From: a virus
DNA: 64,000 bases
Virus record (IMG/VR): IMGVR_UViG_3300000976_000009
Coordinates: 289,144-353,143 of that record
Direction: 5' to 3' (one strand)
Part shown: positions 17,050 to 26,389 of the stretch, one piece after another
Numbering within the stretch: position 1 is the stretch's first letter
Layout: each line of letters opens with the position of its first letter
Translations under genes and position numbers: made by a program
Notes under the pieces: generated by a model
Told to the model about the DNA's origin: nothing
The model's input: the letters and a program-made list of their open reading frames with translations, nothing else
Databases searched by the model: none

Positions 17050-17586
17050 ATGTTACAGATTCTAAAAAACTTAATTGCATTATTCGGAAACCTTTCTACA
17101 ATTACTGGTTGTTCATTCGTGAGCATTGTTTACACTAATAAAGACGGTGAAGTACAAAAAACATTAATTAACGTTGGTGTCTCTTATGAAAATGCAAAAC
17201 TAAAAGATATTGAGTACTTAAAAGACTTAGATGTTAAGACGATTAAGTCTAGTCAAAATAAGTCTACGTTAGAGGCTGCTAGGGTCGCTCTGTTGGGTGC
17301 TTTAGTTTCTCCTAGTAAAAGTAGAAGCGAAGGACAAAAGAACGCCTATGAATACCTTAATAACGGTCTAAAGGTACACAAAGAAACTGGTGCTTTGTAT
17401 GTGGTTGGAATGAAGGTTAAAAAACAAGTACTTGTTAAGGGTGATTACAAAGCCGATACAAGACGACCTTTAACTGTTGCAAAGGATGACATTAGAAAAC
17501 TAATGAAGTCAACACAGTATAAAAATTATAATTTGTCAGAAATGGCAAAGGTAACGATTAAAGGAGATACATTATTCTTCTCCTAG
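17050..17586 (+). CDS. hypothetical early protein
   Basis: 178 aa, follows a cassette. Confidence 0.8.
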   Translation: MLQILKNLIALFGNLSTITGCSFVSIVYTNKDGEVQKTLINVGVSYENAKLKDIEYLKDLDVKTIKSSQNKSTLEAARVALLGALVSPSKSRSEGQKNAYEYLNNGLKVHKETGALYVVGMKVKKQVLVKGDYKADTRRPLTVAKDDIRKLMKSTQYKNYNLSEMAKVTIKGDTLFFS

Positions 17587-17692
17587 TTACTAACAAATTA
17601 ATGTTGATAACTCAGTGCAAAATATGTGCTGAGTTATTTGCATAATCAATAAATATTTCGTATATTTGTATTAACAAATTAAAACAATAGAG

Positions 17693-17767
17693 ATGAAAGT
17701 ATTTGGACCGAAAGGAATTGTAATTGGGTGTGGGTTGATTGTCGTTGCTGTCCTAATACTAGCATAG
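17693..17767 (+). CDS. 24-aa hydrophobic peptide
   Basis: MKVFGPKGIVIGCGLIVVAVLILA behind its own promoter. Confidence 0.5.
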   Translation: MKVFGPKGIVIGCGLIVVAVLILA

Positions 17768-17950
17768 GGAGGGGTGGGTACACCCCCCTACGTACCCCTC
17801 CCCCCGTAAACCCTCTTATACCCCCCTCTGTGGTGGCCCTTTATATGGGCACATGATGTTACAAACAAATTTTTTCCAGAAATTTTCGGAATAAAAAGTA
17901 ACCCACCCCTATTTCCAAAAAAAATTTTAGAAAAATTTCCCACCAATTTT
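17767..17950. other. C-rich skewed tract plus A/T tracts at the island boundary
   Basis: five C-runs 17783-17826, hairpin GGGAGGGGT/ACCCCTCCC. Confidence 0.6.
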
Positions 17951-17985
17951 TTGGTTAATTAAAAATTAATCTTTATATTTGCAAT

Positions 17986-18930
17986 ATGGAATTTATTAAG
18001 AACATTAGAAAACCTTTTATATTAAGTCCAGACTTCAATATCAAAAAGGAATTAAGAATCAAGACCCAACTGGATTTTGGTAAGGTAGTATTAATACTAG
18101 ATGATTTACATATGGGTGGTGGAACATTTAAAATAAAATCAATTGAAAATGGTGACCAATTAGTAGATGAAATCATTAATGGAATGATTAATGATTTAAC
18201 TAAATCATCTGAGAAAGCCAAAAAGATTGCTAGGAAAGTAATTAAAGCGTGGGAGAAAAACCCAGAGGCATTTATTAAACAGAAAAAATCTCATTCATCT
18301 GACATATATATTAATAAGGGTTTATTAAATGATAATGACTACCATCATCATGTGTGGGCTAATTTTGAAAATTTGTCATATATGTACCACGATTTAGGTT
18401 TTTCAACTGGATGGGGTGGTGACACACATTATGCTAAATCGTATTATGAAGAAGGTATTCTTAATCTAGATAAATGGACAGCTAAACGTATTAAGGAAGT
18501 AAAAACTTCTAAAATTAAGAAGAGGATTACAAATTATCTTTATAAGATTCAAATCGAATTTAGTTTTAACCAAATACTAAAACATTTAAGTGTTGATAAT
18601 AAAACTAAAATTGTTAAAAAGAGAATACCACCATTTCCAGTTCAATTAACTGGTCAGATTATGAATGCTTTATTATACGCATGGGATAGTGGTGAATTAG
18701 AATTTGATGATGAGGGTATTGAGATATTCAATGAAGAATATGGGATTGACCTAACTCCTTTAAAGGACTGGGAGATTAATACTAGTCATGAGGGTGAACA
18801 CCACAATGATGGACAAATGTGTGACTACACTGTTGAGTTTCAATCTCCCGATGGGCATTCATATTATGCATATAACACACACTGTTTAATGACTGGATGG
18901 AATTTTAGTGACGGACCAATTAAATTATAA
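17986..18930 (+). CDS. hypothetical protein, probably leaderless
   Basis: 314 aa, ATG 4 nt after TATATTTG. Confidence 0.8.
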   Translation: MEFIKNIRKPFILSPDFNIKKELRIKTQLDFGKVVLILDDLHMGGGTFKIKSIENGDQLVDEIINGMINDLTKSSEKAKKIARKVIKAWEKNPEAFIKQKKSHSSDIYINKGLLNDNDYHHHVWANFENLSYMYHDLGFSTGWGGDTHYAKSYYEEGILNLDKWTAKRIKEVKTSKIKKRITNYLYKIQIEFSFNQILKHLSVDNKTKIVKKRIPPFPVQLTGQIMNALLYAWDSGELEFDDEGIEIFNEEYGIDLTPLKDWEINTSHEGEHHNDGQMCDYTVEFQSPDGHSYYAYNTHCLMTGWNFSDGPIKL

Positions 18931-18933
18931 TAT

Positions 18934-19380
18934 ATGGAAGGTAATAAAAGAGAAATCGGAGGTAGTACTTTATCTATATGGTATGGTAAGCTACTAGGTA
19001 AAATTGCAGCACGATACCAAAAGCGTTCTGATAAATTTATCACTAAGGGAACAAAGACACTTGTATCCAATGCGGCTTGTAAATTCGTTAACCCATTTAC
19101 ACTATTATTTACCTTTACTGTTGATAACACTGAAAAGTTTCAATATATACATCAAGGTGATTTCAAAGACAAGTATAAAGCATGGAGAGAAAAGGTTGAC
19201 ACCTATAATGAGAAGCGAGCAATATATGATGAGGCAATTATTGAGTATGAGGCATTAGAGGATAAAACCGAAACTGATGCACCAACTATGCCTACTGATG
19301 TAGGGGATTCTCCAATCGGAATATCTGAAATGTACATGATAATATTACCAAAGCAAAAATCTTGGTTCAAAAAAGTATAG
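18934..19380 (+). CDS. hypothetical protein
   Basis: ORF track. Confidence 0.7.
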   Translation: MEGNKREIGGSTLSIWYGKLLGKIAARYQKRSDKFITKGTKTLVSNAACKFVNPFTLLFTFTVDNTEKFQYIHQGDFKDKYKAWREKVDTYNEKRAIYDEAIIEYEALEDKTETDAPTMPTDVGDSPIGISEMYMIILPKQKSWFKKV

Positions 19381-19381
19381 T

Positions 19382-19558
19382 ATGAAAAATACAATAAAAG
19401 AAGACTTATCTATGCCATTAGATAAAATAAATAGAAATTGGATTCGAAGACCAGCATTAATTTGTATAACACCATTCATTATATTATTTGGTATGTTTGA
19501 AGGTATCACTAATTTAGTGGGTAGTATGTATCGTGATTGTTGGACTGTAAATAAATAA
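19382..19558 (+). CDS. small membrane protein
   Basis: 58-aa ORF filling the gap, hydrophobic core. Confidence 0.55.
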   Translation: MKNTIKEDLSMPLDKINRNWIRRPALICITPFIILFGMFEGITNLVGSMYRDCWTVNK

Positions 19559-19560
19559 AG

Positions 19561-19881
19561 ATGAAAAAATTAATTTTAATAAGTTTAGCCTTAATAGGGT
19601 TATCAAGTTGTGATGTGGAACATGTTAGAGATACTGATGTCTATTACTATGATTTAGATTGTAAGTTAGTAGAAAAGAGTAAATGTGGTGAATCTAAAAC
19701 AATGTTAATCCGTATCGAGGATAAGGATTTTATGTATCGTGAATTAACTAATAATGATTTAGTTAATGATGAGATGTATTACTCTTATGATGTTGGGGAT
19801 ATTATGCGATTTAAGTATCTTAGGAAGGATGCTTTCTTTGGTGTTGACCCAGAAGAAGATGAATTTAAAGAAAGGTTTTAA
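19561..19881 (+). CDS. predicted lipoprotein
   Basis: MKK..LSSC lipobox. Confidence 0.75.
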   Translation: MKKLILISLALIGLSSCDVEHVRDTDVYYYDLDCKLVEKSKCGESKTMLIRIEDKDFMYRELTNNDLVNDEMYYSYDVGDIMRFKYLRKDAFFGVDPEEDEFKERF

Positions 19882-19884
19882 ATC

Positions 19885-20115
19885 ATGAAAGATGGGACGA
19901 CATATAGTGGTAGAAGTGATTACCGAAGATATATGAGTTATGATTATGTTGACATCATGCATTCATGTGACCATTGTGGTGCTGTAACAAAGTATCGTGA
20001 GGAACCTAAAGAAATGAAATGTGGTGACCCAGATTGTGTGAGTAATAATCATAGGGGAGCTATGGGTACATTAGTAGTCAGCAATAATAATCGTAAATAC
20101 CTTTTAATCGGATAA
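19885..20115 (+). CDS. small Zn-ribbon-like protein
   Basis: CDHC..CGDPDC. Confidence 0.6.
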   Translation: MKDGTTYSGRSDYRRYMSYDYVDIMHSCDHCGAVTKYREEPKEMKCGDPDCVSNNHRGAMGTLVVSNNNRKYLLIG

Positions 20116-20118
20116 TAT

Positions 20119-20424
20119 ATGTACAAAAGACACGAAATTAGAGATGGCTATAAATTAGCTAGGTATGACTTAAAAAGGTTTGTTTCTAATAAAGATATTA
20201 ATCAATTACAATTATTAATTGATAGGGGTTTTGTAACACCAAATCAAATTGAAAAATTGTGGTATAAAATACATGGTAAATACGCTGTTTTTCATAAAAA
20301 ACGAAGATTAATAATTCCAATTCCAATTAATCCTTGTGGTGAGATTCCATTAGAGGAACCAGAAAAATGTATATTTCCGCACCCAATCGCAAGGATTAAC
20401 AAATATTACTTATTAATAGGGTAG
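20119..20424 (+). CDS. hypothetical protein
   Basis: ORF track. Confidence 0.65.
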   Translation: MYKRHEIRDGYKLARYDLKRFVSNKDINQLQLLIDRGFVTPNQIEKLWYKIHGKYAVFHKKRRLIIPIPINPCGEIPLEEPEKCIFPHPIARINKYYLLIG

Positions 20425-20425
20425 T

Positions 20426-20632
20426 ATGGATAGGAATAAATGTAAGGAATGTCCGTGGGTTGTTAAGTCTCGGAACAATACAAGTATAATAACCCACGCA
20501 AAGAAACATAATAAGATACATGGTTGTCATATGATTGATGACCAAACCCGTGGTCCGCTATGGGAACCAAATAAAGGATGCGAGTGCATCGGAGCAAAAG
20601 AAAACATTAAAAAAGATGGAGACACATTTTAA
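20426..20632 (+). CDS. small Cys/His protein
   Basis: CKECPW..HGCH..C. Confidence 0.65.
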   Translation: MDRNKCKECPWVVKSRNNTSIITHAKKHNKIHGCHMIDDQTRGPLWEPNKGCECIGAKENIKKDGDTF

Positions 20633-21023
20633 CACGGAGAATATTGATTACATTAAATTCTATCCTAGACATAAGAGTGATTATCGTTGGTATCCACCTA
20701 TACCTAAAAAGACCTTCTTTTTTGGCTTATTAACTGATTATCCAGCGTTAGAGGGTGGATGGGCAAGTGATGAACGTGATAGACGGGTGAAACCCGAATA
20801 TTTGGTTCAAAATAATCAAATATACATCCACCCAGAGGGTGATAATTCATTTGAACCTTATCATCCATCTGGTCGCTGGGAAAAGAAAGCTTATGTTTAC
20901 ATTAGGACCAAACAAACAGACCACGGCAGATATTTTGAAACGGATGATGAAGCGGAAGCTTGGATAAAGGAGTTAGAGAAGATGTCTGGGGCGGAGTTTG
21001 CAGTGATAGTTAAAAAAAATTAG
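20616..21023 (+). CDS. hypothetical protein
   Basis: ATG at 20616. Confidence 0.7.
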   Translation: METHFNTENIDYIKFYPRHKSDYRWYPPIPKKTFFFGLLTDYPALEGGWASDERDRRVKPEYLVQNNQIYIHPEGDNSFEPYHPSGRWEKKAYVYIRTKQTDHGRYFETDDEAEAWIKELEKMSGAEFAVIVKKN

Positions 21024-21024
21024 A

Positions 21025-21870
21025 ATGGAAAACAAATTAGTTACATTATTTAAACAATGTTGTGATAACTCAGATTTCAAAAAAACACATAATGAAAATT
21101 ATATGAGTTATAATAAGGATTCACATTGTAAGCTGGAGGACCAACCATTAGTATTATCTGATAAAGTCAAAGATATGTTATCATCTTGTGGATATGAGGT
21201 TAAAGAAGTTGGTGAAACTTACAATAATAAACGATATGGTCGTTTATTTGAATTTGATGGTGAACCACCTATGAAATTAATTAAAGCATCAGTTAGATTA
21301 ACATTATTAATGCATGGGAATCACATTTCATTAGGTCCAGTAGAACAAGATACTTGGATTGAGAAAGATGAATATCGAAAGAAGCGATTTTGGTCTCAAA
21401 AATATGAGTATATGACTCGTGATATACCACATATTTTCCACAAACGTATGGTGACTGTTAATAGTGACATATTATTAGCTAATCAATTACAGTGGAAAGC
21501 TAATCAGAATGAGAAATCATTCGATTTTTGCCCTAGGTTTGCTCATAGGTACGAGGAAGACTCTTGTTATATCGTTACTAGTAATTTCAATGCTAAAAAA
21601 GCTAGTAATTATTGGTTTAACAAACAAAAAACTATGATGCTTGATTCATCACATAATAAATCTAATTTACATAATAATGATAATGTTATGTCTGGGTTAC
21701 AACATGACCATATGGAAATTAATGGTGCTATTTTACGTTTTGGTGATGTTTGGTTATGGTTAGATTGGGAAGAGTATCAAGAATTGGATAACTACTATAA
21801 AGAATCTATTAAAAAGACTCACGAAATTATTCTTGAACAACGGCTTAAAGAAACTAAGACAAATGGATAA
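21025..21870 (+). CDS. hypothetical protein
   Basis: 281-aa ORF. Confidence 0.8.
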   Translation: MENKLVTLFKQCCDNSDFKKTHNENYMSYNKDSHCKLEDQPLVLSDKVKDMLSSCGYEVKEVGETYNNKRYGRLFEFDGEPPMKLIKASVRLTLLMHGNHISLGPVEQDTWIEKDEYRKKRFWSQKYEYMTRDIPHIFHKRMVTVNSDILLANQLQWKANQNEKSFDFCPRFAHRYEEDSCYIVTSNFNAKKASNYWFNKQKTMMLDSSHNKSNLHNNDNVMSGLQHDHMEINGAILRFGDVWLWLDWEEYQELDNYYKESIKKTHEIILEQRLKETKTNG

Positions 21871-22039
21871 GATAATCACTGAACAAATAAAAGACCATAT
21901 ATTGGTTCTTTATGATTATACTAGAGAAGAGGTTGAAAATATGACTTTATGGCATCAAATGTCTTTAATTAATATGCGTGATATTGACAAGTGGGAGGAA
22001 TTTAAAATCGGGTTACGAAATACTGGTTTCATAATATGA
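21863..22039 (+). CDS. hypothetical protein
   Basis: overlapping ATG. Confidence 0.6.
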   Translation: MDKIITEQIKDHILVLYDYTREEVENMTLWHQMSLINMRDIDKWEEFKIGLRNTGFII

Positions 22040-22227
22040 ATAATGTGAATACATGATTGGATTTTTGTGATTAAAAAAGAGAGTTTATTGTACTCTCTTT
22101 TTTAATCACAATTAATATTAGCTTGGCTTCACATTATTTTAGTTATTAATATATTATTTTAAATAATTTCCCTTATAAAAATTTGGTGCGTTAGATAAAA
22201 ATTAGTATATTTGTAAAAAAACACATT

Positions 22228-22629
22228 ATGGGTATTTTCGGAAACTTATTCAACAGAGGCAATAAATCAAAAGGTCCGTTGGGACCAAAGTTTGATATTG
22301 GTGATAAAGTTAAGTGTATTGATGACCGAGAACATGATATAGTATTTGGTAAAGTATATCGAGTATTAAATCGGGTTCAGACAAGTTGTTGTGGCGATTG
22401 GTGTTATGATGTGGGATTGACCATCGGTTCAAATGAACACACAATTTGTAATTGTAGTGGACCTACTGACATACAAGGTAGGGGGATTCGTTGGGCTGGT
22501 GAATTTAGGTTTGCACCTAATGATGGTGTTGCCGAAGAGGAAGAAACAAATGAAGAAGTTAATGATGGTGGGGATTCTTTAGTGAAAGAAGCTAAAGAAA
22601 TATTGGAGAAGGAGTATTCCTTAAATTAA
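22228..22629 (+). CDS. hypothetical protein (SH3/KOW-like start, Cys-rich)
   Basis: FDIGDKVKC motif, own promoter. Confidence 0.7.
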   Translation: MGIFGNLFNRGNKSKGPLGPKFDIGDKVKCIDDREHDIVFGKVYRVLNRVQTSCCGDWCYDVGLTIGSNEHTICNCSGPTDIQGRGIRWAGEFRFAPNDGVAEEEETNEEVNDGGDSLVKEAKEILEKEYSLN

Positions 22630-22763
22630 TAAACGTGGATAGGATTAAGGAATCGGGGTTTTAAAAAAGGGCTCTAATGAGCTAGAATCGGGGTTTTTTA
22701 TGCAATACCGCCCTAAACTGACCCTTCATCCCCCAGCCCCCTTCTTCCCTAATAAAATTTTAG

Positions 22764-23105
22764 ATGAATAAAAAAAAGATATTAGATAATTTAAGTTCTA
22801 TTGGTAAGATTAATGAAATCATTAGTCCCCAATCAGCTGATGTTATTATCACGATGTTTTATATGAACATGTTAGTTGGTGCTGGTTTTATTGAAATGGA
22901 TAAAAATAAATTGACAGTCAAAGGTTTTGATACATCAATGGACTTAATTGAGGCTGGATGGAAAGTTACTAAAGAAGAAGTATTACTATCGATTAAAAGT
23001 CTAATGAAAGATGGTGAAGATGATGACATCATTTCCGATTTAATAATTGAATGTCAAGAGATTGGATTAGATGGCATAAATGAAAAATTAAAAGCAAACA
23101 AATAA
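22764..23105 (+). CDS. hypothetical protein
   Basis: ORF track. Confidence 0.7.
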   Translation: MNKKKILDNLSSIGKINEIISPQSADVIITMFYMNMLVGAGFIEMDKNKLTVKGFDTSMDLIEAGWKVTKEEVLLSIKSLMKDGEDDDIISDLIIECQEIGLDGINEKLKANK

Positions 23106-23113
23106 AAGTAAAA

Positions 23114-23296
23114 ATGAAAGTAGAAAATCAAGGAGTATCAGAAGACGTACAAGCAAAAGTAGAAGCTTACGTATATGCTAATTACCCAAGTTTAAAGGGT
23201 AAAACATTAATCATCAAAGAAAATGAGTCTTCATTTTTAGTTTATAAGCATGCAGATGGTGGACCAATGTTTCTAGGTAAAGGAATCTTAGGGTAA
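23114..23296 (+). CDS. hypothetical protein
   Basis: ORF track. Confidence 0.65.
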   Translation: MKVENQGVSEDVQAKVEAYVYANYPSLKGKTLIIKENESSFLVYKHADGGPMFLGKGILG

Positions 23297-23580
23297 TGAA
23301 TAGGGTTGAGAAAGAAATTGTAACAGCATCATTAGAGAATATGTTTGCTGGTTCTGAAAGAAAGGAAAAGGAGAGTGTTGAGGATTATGCTCTTCGAATG
23401 GAAACATCAGTTAAAAATGGGTGTCATACAATTATGAAATTACTAGAGACCCATCTAAATAATAAAGATGTTATTGGTAAAACAATTCTATGGTTAGAAA
23501 AACACCCCATGTTATATGAGGATTATGAAATTAGTGAAATAATCACTGAAATGACTAAACATAATTTTACTGGGAATTAA
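23296..23580 (+). CDS. hypothetical protein
   Basis: TAATG coupling. Confidence 0.7.
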   Translation: MNRVEKEIVTASLENMFAGSERKEKESVEDYALRMETSVKNGCHTIMKLLETHLNNKDVIGKTILWLEKHPMLYEDYEISEIITEMTKHNFTGN

Positions 23581-23582
23581 TC

Positions 23583-23858
23583 ATGGGATTCTATAGTAAA
23601 CGCTCTAAATTATCTAATTGGAAAGTTAAAGAAATTATCCAAAAAGATGGGCATATGTATTATACTATTTGGTTTAAATCTATCTTTGGTTTCTGGCGTA
23701 GTTTAAGGAAATCATCTGAATATCCCGATGAATGGTCAAAGCGTTGCACATTCCAATCAAAGGAAGAAGCGAAGAAAAGAGTTAAGAAGGAAATCATGCA
23801 GAATGTTGCGATGGATAGAACAAAGATTCAAGAAATTAAAGAAATTAAATTTGACTAA
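23583..23858 (+). CDS. hypothetical protein
   Basis: ORF track. Confidence 0.65.
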   Translation: MGFYSKRSKLSNWKVKEIIQKDGHMYYTIWFKSIFGFWRSLRKSSEYPDEWSKRCTFQSKEEAKKRVKKEIMQNVAMDRTKIQEIKEIKFD

Positions 23859-23859
23859 T

Positions 23860-24105
23860 ATGGATAAGTTTAGATTACCTAGAAAAACTAAGAAGCAATA
23901 TCGTAAAGATAATAAATTCTTTAGTATTAATTATGACCAATGTAATTACAATTGGTTTTATGATAAGCAGAAAGTTTGCATATTGGCAATGCGAGTGATA
24001 CTAATGTACCCAAAGATTGCTACTAAGGAACAAATGCTTAATTGGTATCTTGAAAATTACCCAAATGACAAACGTGCTCACCAAATTTGTAGGGAGTTAA
24101 AATAA
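23860..24105 (+). CDS. hypothetical protein
   Basis: ATG at 23860, FRLPRKTKK start. Confidence 0.65.
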   Translation: MDKFRLPRKTKKQYRKDNKFFSINYDQCNYNWFYDKQKVCILAMRVILMYPKIATKEQMLNWYLENYPNDKRAHQICRELK

Positions 24106-24107
24106 AC

Positions 24108-24395
24108 ATGAAATTAAGTGATTTTTTAGAAACCTTTTTAAGTTTAAATCAAGATGATTTAAATGGACCATTTAGGGTAAAATTTTATAGTGAACCATCT
24201 TTCTTTAGGTTTGAAATTTTTAATATGGATATTGGTGTATTTACTAAAGAAAGTTCAGTTTATAAGTCTAAAATTTATTTTTGGTGGATTGAATCTGAAT
24301 TAGATGAAGAAAGACAAGAAATTATTGATGATGTATATTCAGCAATTAATTTATGTAAAGGGATGAAAGTCTTTAAAGAAGAAATATTAAAATAA
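24108..24395 (+). CDS. hypothetical protein
   Basis: ORF track. Confidence 0.65.
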   Translation: MKLSDFLETFLSLNQDDLNGPFRVKFYSEPSFFRFEIFNMDIGVFTKESSVYKSKIYFWWIESELDEERQEIIDDVYSAINLCKGMKVFKEEILK

Positions 24396-24457
24396 TATCC
24401 TTTTTATTTGGTCTATTGATATATTTCTATTATATTTGTAAAACAAAACCAATCGAT

Positions 24458-25018
24458 ATGAGGCTATTACTATTATTTTTATTAATTACAACAACTACAT
24501 TTGCTCAAGATACTTTATTATTTGAGTATGTTAATAAATATAGGGTGGCTAATGGTGTTAAGAGTTTAAAATTTGATTCACACTTACATAATATTTCTAA
24601 GTTGAACACTTATAATATGGGGCTTAATGATAGTTTGATGCATTCTGGGACTGATACTTACGAATGTGCCACAAGACAGTTTTCATTAGCACCAACTCAA
24701 GCAGATTTAAATTCATTTAATAAATTTTTAAAGGATTATTATAACGATTCTTATTCAGAGCCAATTGGTGGGACTGATAATCCAATTATTATTGATTACA
24801 TTTTATTATATGTTATTTATTCATGGCATTCGTCACCAGCGCACAGAGATGTGATGTTGTCAAATGATGTTTCTATTGGGTCTTGTAATATTAGTTTAGG
24901 TCCAATAACTTACAAAGCGAATTACAAAACAATTGGGGGGCAAAAAGTGTTCTTCAAAAAATTTATTGCACACTTCAAGATTGATGCTGTTGCAACATTA
25001 AATTTAAACATAGATTAA
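24458..25018 (+). CDS. secreted CAP/SCP-domain protein
   Basis: signal peptide; VNKYR..GVKSL and WHSSPAHRDVML. Confidence 0.8.
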   Translation: MRLLLLFLLITTTTFAQDTLLFEYVNKYRVANGVKSLKFDSHLHNISKLNTYNMGLNDSLMHSGTDTYECATRQFSLAPTQADLNSFNKFLKDYYNDSYSEPIGGTDNPIIIDYILLYVIYSWHSSPAHRDVMLSNDVSIGSCNISLGPITYKANYKTIGGQKVFFKKFIAHFKIDAVATLNLNID

Positions 25019-25019
25019 T

Positions 25020-25763
25020 ATGGTTGGTATAATATTTTTATTTTTAGGGTTATTAGCCTTACAAATTGTATTGGGGTTTGATAATTTATTAGCAATTGCT
25101 ATTGAATCTAATAGGGCACCAGAAGCTTCTCAGAAGTCTGTAAGGAAAAAAGGTATACTGATTGCCATTGTTATGAGAATTGGTCTACTAGTAGGGTTAT
25201 TATGGCTTATGGAGACAGTTAATGTAACTTTCGGTAGTGTGCATTCTCATTTAATTACTGCTAAATTTAATTTTGAGAATTGTTTCATGATGTTTGGTGG
25301 CTTGTTTGTCATATGGATGGCAATTAAGGGTATTGTCCATATGTTAAAAATTAATGATGAAAAACCAAAACCAAAGGCATCCCCAACTAAAGTTATTTTA
25401 AGTATTGTTTGGATGAATTTAATTTTTTCATTTGATTCAATACTTTCAGCTATGGCAATGACTAAAAACGTATGGTTATTAGCTTCTGCAATAGTCGTTG
25501 GTGGTTTAATAATGTTGTATTTTGCTGATAAGGTTGCAACATTTATTAAGAAGAACCGTGAATATGAGGTTATGGGACTAATGATATTACTTATAGTAGG
25601 TGGTATGATGTTCTCCGAGGGTGCCCATTTAGCAGAAATGTATCTATTTGGTTATGAGATGACTGCTATGAGTGGTGGTATGTTCTATACATTATTGATA
25701 ATATTGGTAATTACTGAGATAATACAGACTATTTTTAAGAAAAAGAACATTAAAAAAGGTTGA
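25020..25763 (+). CDS. terC: TerC-family membrane protein
   Basis: LQIVLGFDN and FSFDSILSA motifs, multiple TM segments. Confidence 0.85.
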   Translation: MVGIIFLFLGLLALQIVLGFDNLLAIAIESNRAPEASQKSVRKKGILIAIVMRIGLLVGLLWLMETVNVTFGSVHSHLITAKFNFENCFMMFGGLFVIWMAIKGIVHMLKINDEKPKPKASPTKVILSIVWMNLIFSFDSILSAMAMTKNVWLLASAIVVGGLIMLYFADKVATFIKKNREYEVMGLMILLIVGGMMFSEGAHLAEMYLFGYEMTAMSGGMFYTLLIILVITEIIQTIFKKKNIKKG

Positions 25764-25795
25764 AAAATGTTTGTTAGTTTACTAATAACACAAAT

Positions 25796-26056
25796 ATGAC
25801 AAAATATAAATTTATATTTAAACTAGAGATAATTACTGCATTAGCTTTGATTCAAAAAGAAGTATATTGTGATTATTATGGTATTGACGATGGAACTTAT
25901 ATTTTTAAATGTAAGGATGACGAATATTGTGATGGTATAATTGGTAGATATCCAATGAATAACACAATTATTCATTCTATTGATATAAACCCAGATTATA
26001 TTGGACCACCAGTAGAAGTTAACCAATATTATGGTTATGATGAAAACCCATTTTAA
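25796..26056 (+). CDS. hypothetical protein (tandem paralog 1)
   Basis: DG.Y.F..YP..II..I..NPDY shared with the next ORF. Confidence 0.7.
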   Translation: MTKYKFIFKLEIITALALIQKEVYCDYYGIDDGTYIFKCKDDEYCDGIIGRYPMNNTIIHSIDINPDYIGPPVEVNQYYGYDENPF

Positions 26057-26058
26057 TA

Positions 26059-26328
26059 ATGAATTATAAAAGAATATATAAAATACTATTATTAGGTGGA
26101 ATGGCACCTATACCAATGGAAATATGTGCTGATAGTCATAAGATACTTGATGGTGGTGTTTATTGTTTTAGACTTGAAGGAGATAATATTGCTTATTATC
26201 CAATTATTAGTATTATCATTCAAGAAATTATTCCTAACCCAGATTATGTGGCACCATTAGAACCAGTTGCACCAGAACCAAATGACGATTTCCATGCTTT
26301 AAGAAGATTAATTCGGGGTGATATATAA
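26059..26328 (+). CDS. hypothetical protein (tandem paralog 2)
   Basis: same pattern as 25796-26056. Confidence 0.7.
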   Translation: MNYKRIYKILLLGGMAPIPMEICADSHKILDGGVYCFRLEGDNIAYYPIISIIIQEIIPNPDYVAPLEPVAPEPNDDFHALRRLIRGDI

Positions 26329-26389
26329 ATCCATAAAAATTAGGAATAACTAAAAAAAATATTTATATTTGTAAAAAATAAAAAAAGAA

